A stretch of DNA of 64,000 nucleotides from Pseudomonadota bacterium (GTDB lineage Bacteria > Pseudomonadota > Alphaproteobacteria > Kiloniellales > Kiloniellaceae). Position numbers and translations under genes: made by a program. Below, in pieces: positions 38,771 to 48,055 of this stretch (the stretch's first letter is position 1; every line of letters begins with the position of its first letter). The notes beneath the pieces were generated by a model. The model made no database searches. It was not told where the DNA came from and worked only from the letters and a program-made list of their open reading frames with translations. Where the stretch lies: positions 5,444 to 69,443 of the forward strand of contig JBCCHN010000005.1 in the NCBI GenBank assembly GCA_039028695.1, written 5' to 3'.

Positions 38771-39355
38771 CTATTTAACTTCCGGCAAGTTGTATTGTTG
38801 GGCAATTTCTCTGGCGCGAACCTGATCGGTCTGATTTAGAAGCGACCAGACAATATCCATGTTCTCTTGCACGTGGCTCTCTCCGGAAAGATAGGCACGG
38901 CCATACCAGATGTAAGCCTCGCCATAGTCCTGCTTGACGCCCAAACCTTGAGAGTAGAGGTAGCCCAATATTTCCATGGCCTGAGGATCGGCGTTTGCCT
39001 CCGCCCGATTATGGATAAAGGCCACGTCTTCATCGTCGAGGGACTGGGGGTCTCCCGATTCCAAAAGCCGCAACCATCGAACATCGTCCGCGGTGATTTG
39101 CGGGCCGAACATTTCCGCCTCTTCCACGGCATAGAGGCGACGATCGGCAGCGATGGACTCACACCACTGCGGTGCCCTCCAGGCATAGCGGCAAGCATAG
39201 GCCCGCATGGCCGGCGATGACTTTTGCCAAAAGGAGTGTTCCCAAGGCGATTGCGAAATGGGTTCCGCTTTAGCGTCATGATGAAAGGTAGCCAGGGGCA
39301 AAAAGGACAAAGCCATTGCCATTAGCACCCATCTCAACCCTTTGATTCTGCACAT
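38771..39355 (-). CDS. Sel1-repeat (SLR/TPR-like) exported protein
   Basis: Signal-like MCRIKGLRWVLMAMALSFLPLATFHHDAKA. Sel1 motif MEILGYLYSQGLGVKQDYGEAYIWYGRAY. Start chosen at ATG 39355; the ORF-track TTG is at 39391. Confidence 0.7.
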   Translation of the reverse strand: MCRIKGLRWVLMAMALSFLPLATFHHDAKAEPISQSPWEHSFWQKSSPAMRAYACRYAWRAPQWCESIAADRRLYAVEEAEMFGPQITADDVRWLRLLESGDPQSLDDEDVAFIHNRAEANADPQAMEILGYLYSQGLGVKQDYGEAYIWYGRAYLSGESHVQENMDIVWSLLNQTDQVRAREIAQQYNLPEVK

Positions 39356-39656
39356 TTGCGGTGATCGAACCCTTAAATCTCGCATTCCCAAGGCGACGCG
39401 CCAGCCGGTGATCCAGCTGGCCTTATGCCACCGGAGCTAAGGTGTAGTGACTTTTGGTTAACACCTTCTTTCACGACACGATTTAAACAGGGCGGACACT
39501 CTAAATACTGGAATGCGGACAAGCGGACCCTTTTGTCCATTGACGAGGTACATTTCATCTTTGCTTAGGGATAAGCCTTAAGGCTCCTTTAAGAGGTCTG
39601 ACCACAATATTTATGGACGCAGACCTTGTTTTTTTGCCTTAAGAGAGCGGAGCGGG

Positions 39657-40022
39657 ATGGGCCAAGAAGAACGATTTTTTTCTTATCCCGGCCTGGACCG
39701 GCGGAAATGGCATCGCTTTGCCTTGCCGGATCCTCTAGACCTTCACTTGCTGACCAGCGAGGGTGCCTTCGCTTGCCGTATGGTCGAGGTCTCCTGCAGC
39801 GGTGCCACGATTGTCTCCGCTGCCCCCATGCCAGAAGAAGCTCATTTTCGGGTTTCTTGCGACGGGTTCCCAATCTTTGGCGCCAGAGTGATCTGGCGTC
39901 GAGACGATGCAATGGGCGTGGCCTTCGATCAGAGCCAAGCGGCAATCGACCTTGCAACTCATTGCCTGAAAACCGGAGTGCCCCTCAATGGCGGTGAAGC
40001 CACCTCATTGACTCTCGACTAA
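39657..40022 (+). CDS. stand-alone PilZ-domain protein
   Basis: 121 aa. RxxxR motif (RKWHR) and a (D/N)xSxxG-like motif present as EVSCSG (Glu in place of Asp/Asn). Confidence 0.7.
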   Translation: MGQEERFFSYPGLDRRKWHRFALPDPLDLHLLTSEGAFACRMVEVSCSGATIVSAAPMPEEAHFRVSCDGFPIFGARVIWRRDDAMGVAFDQSQAAIDLATHCLKTGVPLNGGEATSLTLD

Positions 40023-40057
40023 GCGCTTTTTTTTGAGCCCTCCCCTCCTCGAGAGGC

Positions 40058-40468
40058 CTATTTTCCAGCCTTGTCCCCGGCTTGCTCGCGGCTTACCAGG
40101 TCGGTGATCTTCACGGCCACCCGATCCTCGACGACGACGACCTCCCCGCGGGCGACCAAGCTCCCGTTGACGGTGAGATCGATTTGATCACCAACACCGG
40201 TTTCAAGCTCAACCACCGCGCCACGCCCCATACGTAAAAGCTGACTGACCGGCATGGAGGCCGTTCCCAATATCGCGTAGGCGTCCAAGTCGACCTCATT
40301 TATCGCTGAGTCCAAATCCAATTGGCGATTGGCCAAAGCACCTGCCTGACCGGGCGCTGGCGCCAATTCCTGACCTTCAGGTGTTTCGTCCCCGTCATCA
40401 GGCTTAGAATCCGCATCGTCCTGAGACACTGCTTCGGCTTGGCCGGTTTCTTCTTCATCAGGCTGCAT
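40058..40468 (-). CDS. fliN: flagellar motor switch protein FliN (SpoA domain)
   Basis: 136 aa. Acidic N-terminus, then MPVSQLLRMGRGAVVELETGVGDQIDLTVNGSLVARGEVVVVEDRVAVKITDLV. Confidence 0.85.
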   Translation of the reverse strand: MQPDEEETGQAEAVSQDDADSKPDDGDETPEGQELAPAPGQAGALANRQLDLDSAINEVDLDAYAILGTASMPVSQLLRMGRGAVVELETGVGDQIDLTVNGSLVARGEVVVVEDRVAVKITDLVSREQAGDKAGK

Positions 40469-40588
40469 GTCCAGACCTCATTTCTTAATGAACAGTAGGG
40501 AGGAGCTTCTGATCGTCATCTTATAGCAAGCCCTATTCACTGCTGCCACCCGTCGGAGATTTTATCTTTCGATCAATCCGAAAGGTGA

Positions 40589-41206
40589 CTAGCCCACCTC
40601 GTCCTCAATAGTGATGTGCTTGGCCTCAGCCGCCACCCGTTCCAGCCAGGCCGAAATGCCGTTAAAGGGAACCATGTCAAAACCGCCGTCGCCTGCTACA
40701 TGCGTGTAAGCATAAAGGGCAATGTCAGCAATTGAGTAGTGATCTCCAACCAAAAAGCTGTGATCCTTCAAGTGATCTTCCATGATTTGCAGCGCCGCCA
40801 AGCCACCGTCTCGCTTTTGCGCGATAACGGCGTCGTTTTCGGCCGACGGTGCTTTATGTTGTCTTAAAAAGCGGGATACGGCGATAAAGGGCTCATGACT
40901 GTATTGCTCAAAAAACATCCATTGAAGAACCTGTGCCCGCTCTAAACTGTCCCCCGGCAAAAAGCGGGTTCCTTCCGCGAAATACCAGAGAATGGCATTG
41001 GACTCGCTAAGGCACTGGCCATCGTCCAGCTCGATAGCGGGAATACGACCGTTGGGGAACTTAGCGAGAAAATCAGGCATGCGTGTGGCCCCGGCCAAGA
41101 TATCCATCTCCACTCGCTGAAAAGGGATTTCCAGTTGGGTGAGCAGCAAGCGAACCTTGTAGCCATTACCGGACGGCAGATAGTCGTATAGCGTCAACAT
41201 TTCCAT
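40589..41206 (-). CDS. glutathione S-transferase family protein
   Basis: 205 aa. Thioredoxin-like N-domain with PNGRIPAIELDDGQCLSESNAILWY and a helical C-domain. Confidence 0.85.
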   Translation of the reverse strand: MEMLTLYDYLPSGNGYKVRLLLTQLEIPFQRVEMDILAGATRMPDFLAKFPNGRIPAIELDDGQCLSESNAILWYFAEGTRFLPGDSLERAQVLQWMFFEQYSHEPFIAVSRFLRQHKAPSAENDAVIAQKRDGGLAALQIMEDHLKDHSFLVGDHYSIADIALYAYTHVAGDGGFDMVPFNGISAWLERVAAEAKHITIEDEVG

Positions 41207-41219
41207 CTCTCCCCCATCG

Positions 41220-42701
41220 TCATGACTCCAAGGCTTTGGATTGAGGTGGGCTGCGTCCCTCCAAGGCGGTTAAGTCAGGAATTGGCCGTTGACAATCCGC
41301 CAAATCGGTTAAGGCTTCCTCCAAGGCCTTGGCAATGCCCAAGAGGCGCGCGTCCTCGCCCCGGCGGCCCACCACTTGAATGCCAAAGGGCATGCCACAT
41401 TCGTCCAGTCCGCAGGGCATGGCCACACTCGGATGCCCCGTTAAGGTAATGCCATAGGAAAGCGCCACCCATTGGATGTAACTGCGCATGGTCTGGCCGT
41501 CCAGCGCCTTGGGATAGAGTTGGTCCTTGTGAATCGGCGATACAGGAGCGACAGGACAAATCAAGAGGTCATAGTTTTCCATGAAGGCGAGGAAGTTTTT
41601 GAAAAGAGCTGTCCGGGCCACCTCCGCATCCGCCACGTCGGCGGCCGATAGTCTCTCACCCAGCGTTACATTGGCCGTCACATTCGGTCCGAATTTATCG
41701 GGAGATTCGGCCAAGCCTTGTCGATAGCCCGCCAAAAAACCAACCGCGCGCAAGACCTCAAAAACGTGGTCTGCATCGCCCATTGTCGGGTCCGTCGTCT
41801 TGGCAGCGCCAAAGAGCGGCGCCAGAGCGCCACAGCGATCCCGAAACACACGACGAATGTCCGGCTCTACGAGGGCAAATCCCAGATCCTCGGAAAAAGC
41901 GACCCGAAGCTTTTTCAAATCACAAGGCGGCGGCGCCAGCAAGGCGTCCGCCTCGCTCCGAAACGATAGGGGATCTGCACGGTCATATCGGGCCATGGCC
42001 GCCGCCATCAAGCACAGATCCGGAACCGTGCGGGCCATAGGGCCATCAACCGCCAGGGGCGACCAAGCCATGTTGCGATCCAAATCAGGAAAAAGGCCCG
42101 GCGTGCTGCGAAAGCCCAGTACGCCGCAATAGGCTGCCGGCGTGCGAAGCGACCCGCCCAAATCAGACCCATTTGCCAAAGGCACCATCGAGGTCGCCAG
42201 AACAACGGCCGCCCCCCCCGATGAGCCCCCACAGCTGCGCTCTGGATTGAAGGGATTGCCGGTAAAGCCGAATACAGAATTGATCGTATTGGCCCCCGCG
42301 CCAAACTCGGGCGTGTTGGTCTTGCCCAAGATAATACCACCAGCCCGGCGCAGGGAAGTTACGCTGGCGTCATCGGCAAGAGGCACATGGTCCTCATGGA
42401 GCAGCGAGCCAAAGGTCGTGCGCAGGCCCGCCGTCTCGTTCAGGTCCTTTATACCGATGGGCAAGCCATGCAGCAGCCCCAGATCCGACCCGCCGCCTTT
42501 TGCCGCGCTCATGACCTTGGCTTCGGCATTCCGCGCTGCGGCCAGGGCCCCGTCCTCGTCGATGGTCACCATGGCATTGACCGCGCCATTGACCTGATCG
42601 ATTCGAGCCAAGCAGGATTTGACCAGCTCGACAGGGGAAATTTCGCGCCGGCCAATCGCGGCACGCAAGTCAATCGCCGGGCGATCGCAGAGGTCAGTCA
42701 T
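41220..42701 (-). CDS. amidase (amidase-signature family)
   Basis: 493 aa. AS motif CGGSSGGAAVVLATSMVPLANGSDLGGSLRTPAAYCG. Confidence 0.9.
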   Translation of the reverse strand: MTDLCDRPAIDLRAAIGRREISPVELVKSCLARIDQVNGAVNAMVTIDEDGALAAARNAEAKVMSAAKGGGSDLGLLHGLPIGIKDLNETAGLRTTFGSLLHEDHVPLADDASVTSLRRAGGIILGKTNTPEFGAGANTINSVFGFTGNPFNPERSCGGSSGGAAVVLATSMVPLANGSDLGGSLRTPAAYCGVLGFRSTPGLFPDLDRNMAWSPLAVDGPMARTVPDLCLMAAAMARYDRADPLSFRSEADALLAPPPCDLKKLRVAFSEDLGFALVEPDIRRVFRDRCGALAPLFGAAKTTDPTMGDADHVFEVLRAVGFLAGYRQGLAESPDKFGPNVTANVTLGERLSAADVADAEVARTALFKNFLAFMENYDLLICPVAPVSPIHKDQLYPKALDGQTMRSYIQWVALSYGITLTGHPSVAMPCGLDECGMPFGIQVVGRRGEDARLLGIAKALEEALTDLADCQRPIPDLTALEGRSPPQSKALES

Positions 42702-42750
42702 GATGTTTCACTTTCTCATCCTCACCTTGGGACCATCGCCCCGCCAGGCA

Positions 42751-43563
42751 TTATCGCAAGAAGGGATACCCCAAACGGCCAGATTCGTCCTCCATTTCAA
42801 GAACGCGATCGTAGGCCGATAGCGGCAGAACCTCAGCGCCCAGCAGCATCATGTCCGCCCGCAGGCCCGCCAGAGACGGGTTCGCCATGACCCGCGCCAG
42901 GGAGGCTTGCAGGCGCGCGACCTGGTCGTCGGACGCTCTCAAGGTTGTAATGTAGGGCAAACTGGGCGCCGGCGCCGTGCGCCCTAAGATCTTTAGCCCA
43001 AAGACACTCTCCGGCTGGTATCGGGCCGCCAAATGATAGGTCACACAATCCACGGCACAGAGATCCGCCTCACCCGCCTGCACCCAAGCCATAGAGGCCA
43101 GGTGCCCGCCGCTGACCGCTACCCCGCTGAAAAAGGCCTCTCCCTGCGGCCGGCCTTTGAGGCTGGCAATGGCATGACGCAGGGCGGAAAAACCGCTCTG
43201 AGAGTCCCAACCATTGATCACCGCCCGGCAAGCGGCGAAGTGCCCCAAGCTGTCTCCAGCCGCGTCCTCTCGCACCAGGATCAAACTGCAGTAGTCGGTT
43301 CCAGCTACATCCGGGCAGTCGTAAAGCGGCGTCGCCACCAAGCGGACCCGGTCCTTTAGGCTATGGGTCAAGGGATAGCCGCAAGTTTGACTAAACAGCA
43401 AATCAGGGCTTAGCCACTGATCAATAAAGGGCTTATCCCGATCCAGGCGGCTCGGCACGTCCTCAATGCCCTCGCGCCCCATCGCCGCCGCCAGTGCGCT
43501 CCAAAAATCATCTACCGACCGAGCCATCCCAGGCAGATCATACATACCCAAACTAACGATCAT
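42751..43563 (-). CDS. PhnD-like substrate-binding-fold protein lacking a signal peptide
   Basis: 270 aa. The N-terminus MIVSLGMYDLPG... has no hydrophobic leader. Resembles the PhnD/SsuA-type periplasmic-binding fold; family recalled from memory. Confidence 0.6.
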   Translation of the reverse strand: MIVSLGMYDLPGMARSVDDFWSALAAAMGREGIEDVPSRLDRDKPFIDQWLSPDLLFSQTCGYPLTHSLKDRVRLVATPLYDCPDVAGTDYCSLILVREDAAGDSLGHFAACRAVINGWDSQSGFSALRHAIASLKGRPQGEAFFSGVAVSGGHLASMAWVQAGEADLCAVDCVTYHLAARYQPESVFGLKILGRTAPAPSLPYITTLRASDDQVARLQASLARVMANPSLAGLRADMMLLGAEVLPLSAYDRVLEMEDESGRLGYPFLR

Positions 43564-44012
43564 GGAGGCATCTCCTCACCGCCGCCATGCCAAGCATCGT
43601 CCTGACCCGCCATCAATTTGGGCAGCCCGTCATCGAGCTCATAGTAATCACCCTTATCTTTGACAAAAATATGCCGGACCGTCTCAAGGCCGCTGGGCTG
43701 ATCCAAAACACCTGCCGCGATGGAAAGAATATCACCGGCCAAGCGGTCCCAGAAAAGACTCGTGCCGCAATGCGCGCAAAAGCCGCGCCGCGCCGACTCA
43801 GAGGAGTGAAACCACGTCAATCCTTCGTCGCTTGAAAACACCACATCGTCCCGCGTCGCCGCGCTGTAACTCGCATAGTGGCCATGCCAGCGCTGACATT
43901 GCCGGCAGTGACAAGCCACAACCGGGCGCATCTCTCCCTTCACTTCGAACCGCACCGATCTGCAAAGACAACCGCCCGATGCCCGCTTTTTTTGGTTCAT
44001 GGATGCCTCCAT
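43560..44012 (-). CDS. GFA family protein (second copy in window)
   Basis: GGCLCRSVRF...CHCRQCQRWHG...FCAHCGTSLFW. Its stop overlaps the downstream start (ATGA). Confidence 0.8.
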   Translation of the reverse strand: MEASMNQKKRASGGCLCRSVRFEVKGEMRPVVACHCRQCQRWHGHYASYSAATRDDVVFSSDEGLTWFHSSESARRGFCAHCGTSLFWDRLAGDILSIAAGVLDQPSGLETVRHIFVKDKGDYYELDDGLPKLMAGQDDAWHGGGEEMPP

Positions 44013-44033
44013 TACTGGCTTCGGCTTACAGCT

Positions 44034-44891
44034 TTATCGCCGATCCTCAAGCGACATCAAGAGCTGCTCCAAAAAGGGCTTCACGTCGGGCGGCTGATAG
44101 ATCGCCGCGCGGATCAGGGAATCGAAATGCCGCGCCAACACCCGAATATGCTCCGTTGAGTTAAAGACAAAAAACATGCCACCCAAGTAGATGGCCGCCC
44201 GGGTGGGCCCAAAGACCGTGTAGGGCGATGCAAAGCGCCTCAAGCCGTCGAACAAGAACCAGCGAAAGGTAGGATAGAGTTCATCGATAAGCTCGATCAT
44301 GGCGCGCAGTTGGCGCACCCTCATATCCACCGGCATGCGCCGCCATATCCCTTCCCCTCGGGCAAAGCTCTCGACCGATTGAAAGGCGCTACAGGCCTCA
44401 ATATCCGTATCTGGCCGGCGGCTGTAATCCAAACGCTCTTCCGCCTGACCCATCTGGGATTCCCGTATGTCCTGACCAGCACTTTGAAATTCAAAGGCAA
44501 TAACCTCATCCGTTTTGAGGAGATCCGGAAGGGTCGTGGGCACATAGCGGATCTTGTAGCCCTCCGCCTCCTTCTGCCAACGCTCCAGCACCTCGTCCAT
44601 GGCTGCTTCGCCGCCCGCCTGGATCTCCAAACTCTCGGTGACGATTTTGGTGGCCAGATGGTCCTCTTGGCTCAAACCCAGCAGCCAATCCACCGAGACC
44701 TGCTCACGTGCCGCGATCGAGGCCAGGGTCTCAGCGCGGGGCAAGCGGGTATTGCCCGTTGACAGAAGCTGAGACAGCGTCGAGCGGTCGATCCCCGCCC
44801 GGTCCGCGAAGGCCGAGCGACTCAGCTGGCTTCTGGCAATCACTTCGCTCAAGCGATTTTGAAATAGTTCAATGGTTTCCCGGCGTTTCAT
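44034..44891 (-). CDS. XRE-family HTH transcriptional regulator with a C-terminal uncharacterised domain
   Basis: 285 aa. HTH LSRSAFADRAGIDRSTLSQLLSTGNTRLPRAETLASIAAREQVSVDWLLGL. Confidence 0.8.
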   Translation of the reverse strand: MKRRETIELFQNRLSEVIARSQLSRSAFADRAGIDRSTLSQLLSTGNTRLPRAETLASIAAREQVSVDWLLGLSQEDHLATKIVTESLEIQAGGEAAMDEVLERWQKEAEGYKIRYVPTTLPDLLKTDEVIAFEFQSAGQDIRESQMGQAEERLDYSRRPDTDIEACSAFQSVESFARGEGIWRRMPVDMRVRQLRAMIELIDELYPTFRWFLFDGLRRFASPYTVFGPTRAAIYLGGMFFVFNSTEHIRVLARHFDSLIRAAIYQPPDVKPFLEQLLMSLEDRR

Positions 44892-44917
44892 GGCTTACTC
44901 AAGAGGTGCCTGTTTGG

Positions 44918-44949
44918 TGATTTTATATAACATTTGTTTTATAAAATCA
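44918..44949. promoter_or_regulatory. perfect 10-bp inverted repeat (candidate operator) between the XRE regulator and the desaturase gene
   Basis: TGATTTTATA-N12-TATAAAATCA, 27 nt upstream of the XRE gene start, in an AT-rich patch of a 430-bp divergent intergenic region. Confidence 0.4.
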
Positions 44950-45322
44950 TCATAATTGTTAATTAGTGCTCAAAATCAACGAATTATGCGCGAACCCGCA
45001 TTGAAATTAACCCTCTAAGACGATTATCCTAAAATCTAGGAGAGATTGGAGCGACCCACGGGCGGGACCGGGCTCGGCAAAGACCTCAAACCAAAATTGA
45101 GGCGGCCGACGAAGGAAACCAAATATTTGACCTGGCGTGGCCCGGCTGACCGGGCTGAAGAACAAAAAATCATCGTGCCAAGCAAATAGCGCTGAAAAAA
45201 ACCCAGGCCGTTCCTTGCCGAAGGCTGGTCCTAGTGGGCTGTGCGGCAATTGGCCTGGAAAACGGCCACTGCGGTCAAAGCCTGAGCGCAGGAGGCCCGG
45301 ATAAAGCTCAGGTAAGGCCCAG

Positions 45323-46261
45323 ATGAGGCCAGTTAGAAAAGGTAAGCTAAGAATGTTTGTTGGTGACCGGCGCAGCCGGAATGTGCGTGTAGAATGGCCG
45401 ACGGTGGGACTCGCCGTTCTGGTCTATGCCGCCTTCGGCCTGACGACCTGGTTTTACCATGACCTGCCTTGGTGGGCGATTTTACCCTTGGGTGCCTATA
45501 TCGTTGCCCTGCATGGTTCTCTCATGCACGAGGCGGTCCACGGCCATCCCACCAATCGTCGGGGCCTCAACGAGCTTATCGTCTTCCCCAGCCTTTGGCT
45601 TTGGCTGCCGTTCCGGCTGTACCGTCGGACCCATCTGACCCATCACCGGGACGAAGGCCTGACCGATCCTTTGCAGGATCCGGAGTCAAACTACGTCACG
45701 CCGGCACAGTGGGCTAGCTTCGGCCCGCTGAAGCGGGCCTTTTGGCGAGCCCGCTGCACCTTGGCGGGTCGCATGCTCCTAGTGCCTCTGAGCAGTTGTT
45801 GGGAAACCGTCGTTGAAGCCGTCACCAAAATAACATCCAGAAACTTTGAAGACCTCAAGGCCTGGGGCCTACATGTCGTCGGTCTGATACCGGTCCTCTA
45901 CTGGGCGATAGTGGTGTGTCAAATTCCGATTCTAGAGTACATTCTACTCTTTGCCTATCCGGGTCTGGCTCTGACCGTCGTACGCTCTTTTTTGGAACAT
46001 CAGGCCCGACCAGAGCAAGGTCACCGGACGGCGATCGTCGAAGCCGGACCACTCATGTCCCTTTTATTTCTGAATAACAATTTACACGTGGTCCATCACG
46101 CCCGCCCTGAACTTGCCTGGTACCAATTGCCGGCAGCATACCGGGCCGAGAAGGACAAGTGGCTAAAAGACAACGGCGGCTATTGTATCAAGGGCTATGG
46201 CGCTATTTTCGCCAAGTACCTTTTTCGGGCCAAGGAACCGGTGCAGCATCCCCTAGCATAG
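45323..46261 (+). CDS. membrane fatty-acid desaturase family protein
   Basis: His boxes HEAVHGH, HLTHHRD and a C-terminal HVVHH. Multiple TM segments. Start uncertain: 45323 or ATG 45353. Confidence 0.85.
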   Translation: MRPVRKGKLRMFVGDRRSRNVRVEWPTVGLAVLVYAAFGLTTWFYHDLPWWAILPLGAYIVALHGSLMHEAVHGHPTNRRGLNELIVFPSLWLWLPFRLYRRTHLTHHRDEGLTDPLQDPESNYVTPAQWASFGPLKRAFWRARCTLAGRMLLVPLSSCWETVVEAVTKITSRNFEDLKAWGLHVVGLIPVLYWAIVVCQIPILEYILLFAYPGLALTVVRSFLEHQARPEQGHRTAIVEAGPLMSLLFLNNNLHVVHHARPELAWYQLPAAYRAEKDKWLKDNGGYCIKGYGAIFAKYLFRAKEPVQHPLA

Positions 46262-46287
46262 TTCCAATCTAGAGCATACAACCCCGG

Positions 46288-47838
46288 TCAGCTCTCCAGC
46301 GCACCGCCTTCTTCCTTGCGCTTGGCGACAAAGGCGTCCAATGCCTCCACGATTGCCGTGTCGATGGCGGGGGCCTCGTAAGAGGACAATAGTTCCTTAA
46401 ACAGGCTATTGGCCCGCTGGGTTACGGTCTCACTGCCCGATTCTTCCCAGGTCTCAAAGTTACGCCAGTCCGATAGGATAGGCGCGTAAAAGGCTGTCTC
46501 ATAGCGGGCCAGTGTGTGGGCCGCGCCGAAGAAGTGCCCGCCCGGCCCCACTTCCCGTACGGCATCGAGCCCCAGACTCTCCTCTGTCACTTCAAGGGGC
46601 TGCAGGGTCTGGGCCATCATCTGCATCATTTCCGCATCGAGCACGAACTTTTCGAAAGAGGCACAAAGACCGCCCTCTAGCCAGCCAGCGCCATGCATTA
46701 CCAAGTTGGCATGCCCCATCACCGCACCCCAGAGGGACATTTGCGACTCATAGGCTGCCTGACCATCCACGCAGTTCGCCGCATTGGTGTTGGACGAGCG
46801 GAAGGGAACCTTGAGGCGACGCGCCAATTGCCCGCCGGCAAAAGCGGCGCGGGTATATTCGGGCGTGCCGAAAGCCGGCGCCCCGGATTTCATGTCCACG
46901 TTGGAGGTGAAGCCCCCATAGATGACCGGCGCGCCCGGCTGAACCAGTTGGGCGAAGGCAAGGCCCGCCATGGCCTCGGCGTGTTGTTGGGCAAGGGCCC
47001 CGGCAATGGTCGCCGGGCTCATGGCACCTGACAGGGTAAAAGGCGTAATGGCCACTACCTGCTTGGCGCGCGCCATTTCGATGACACCTTCTATCATCGG
47101 ACCGTCCAAACGCAGAGGCGAAGAAGTATTGACGATGGTAAAGAGTGAGGGTCGCTCCCGCAGCCCCTCTTCGCTCAAGCCAAAGCCGATCTTGGTCAGT
47201 TCAAGGGCATCGCGGATACGCGTGCGCCCGAGGGAATAGGCATGATAGGCCTTGTCGCTCAACACCAAAAAGTCTCGGATGCAATCCAGATGCCGGGTCG
47301 CCGGGTGCAGGTCCACCGGCTCTACCGGATAGCCGCCAAAGAGTTGGACGATATTTAAGCTCTGACCCAAGCGCAGGAAATTCTGATAGTCCTGGTGATT
47401 GCCGGGACGCCGCCCCCCATCCAGATCCGACGCGTTGGGCGCACTGGCCACCGAAGCAAAGGCAATAGCGCTGCCGCCAAAGTCCAGGTTATGAGCCGAG
47501 TTACGAGCGTGAAGAGTGAAACTTTGCGGAGCCTGGGCCAGCGCCTCTTTGATGAGACCCCGGTCAAAGCGCACCCGCTCCGATCCCTCAGCCACATGGG
47601 CGCCTGCTTTGCGCAGGATCTCCAACGCCTCGGGATGGAGGAAGTCCATTCCCACCTCTTCCAGAATGGCAAAGGCGGTTTCCTCCATGGCGTCAATTTG
47701 AGCTTCGCTCAGAACCTCGATCGGGCGATAGGGGTTTTTGTGTTGCTGCCAGGGCGATTGACGAAAGCCGCTGCCATTGGGCTTTTTACGTCCTCCTGAT
47801 CGGCGCCGAGCGCCTGCTCGATCTCTCGTCCGTGCCAT
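46288..47838 (-). CDS. trimethylamine methyltransferase (MttB) family protein, non-pyrrolysine type
   Basis: 516 aa with an uninterrupted ORF (no in-frame UAG). MttB-like TIM-barrel sequence with a basic N-terminal extension. Confidence 0.85.
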   Translation of the reverse strand: MARTRDRAGARRRSGGRKKPNGSGFRQSPWQQHKNPYRPIEVLSEAQIDAMEETAFAILEEVGMDFLHPEALEILRKAGAHVAEGSERVRFDRGLIKEALAQAPQSFTLHARNSAHNLDFGGSAIAFASVASAPNASDLDGGRRPGNHQDYQNFLRLGQSLNIVQLFGGYPVEPVDLHPATRHLDCIRDFLVLSDKAYHAYSLGRTRIRDALELTKIGFGLSEEGLRERPSLFTIVNTSSPLRLDGPMIEGVIEMARAKQVVAITPFTLSGAMSPATIAGALAQQHAEAMAGLAFAQLVQPGAPVIYGGFTSNVDMKSGAPAFGTPEYTRAAFAGGQLARRLKVPFRSSNTNAANCVDGQAAYESQMSLWGAVMGHANLVMHGAGWLEGGLCASFEKFVLDAEMMQMMAQTLQPLEVTEESLGLDAVREVGPGGHFFGAAHTLARYETAFYAPILSDWRNFETWEESGSETVTQRANSLFKELLSSYEAPAIDTAIVEALDAFVAKRKEEGGALES

Positions 47839-48055
47839 AAGCCCTTCCCGTCTTTGTCAAACAGCGAGCGCGGTTGCGCGCGCATTCCATCTGAATCCTC
47901 TATAACGAAAGGCTCAAGGGCTGTATAGATATCTTTGTCGGAACCGTTCGTTCTGTGTTGAACCTAAGGACGCCTTTGGCCATCAGACAGTAATGAATAT
48001 CCTAAAGCGCGGTTAATCCATTACCCAACGATCCATCATCCTAAAGGACAAAAGC

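Noticed and set aside
45007-45249. 80-aa minus-strand ORF in the XRE/desaturase intergenic region
   Set aside because: It has no RBS or motif and a Phe/Pro-rich composition. The region is more likely a 5' leader or promoter of the desaturase gene.
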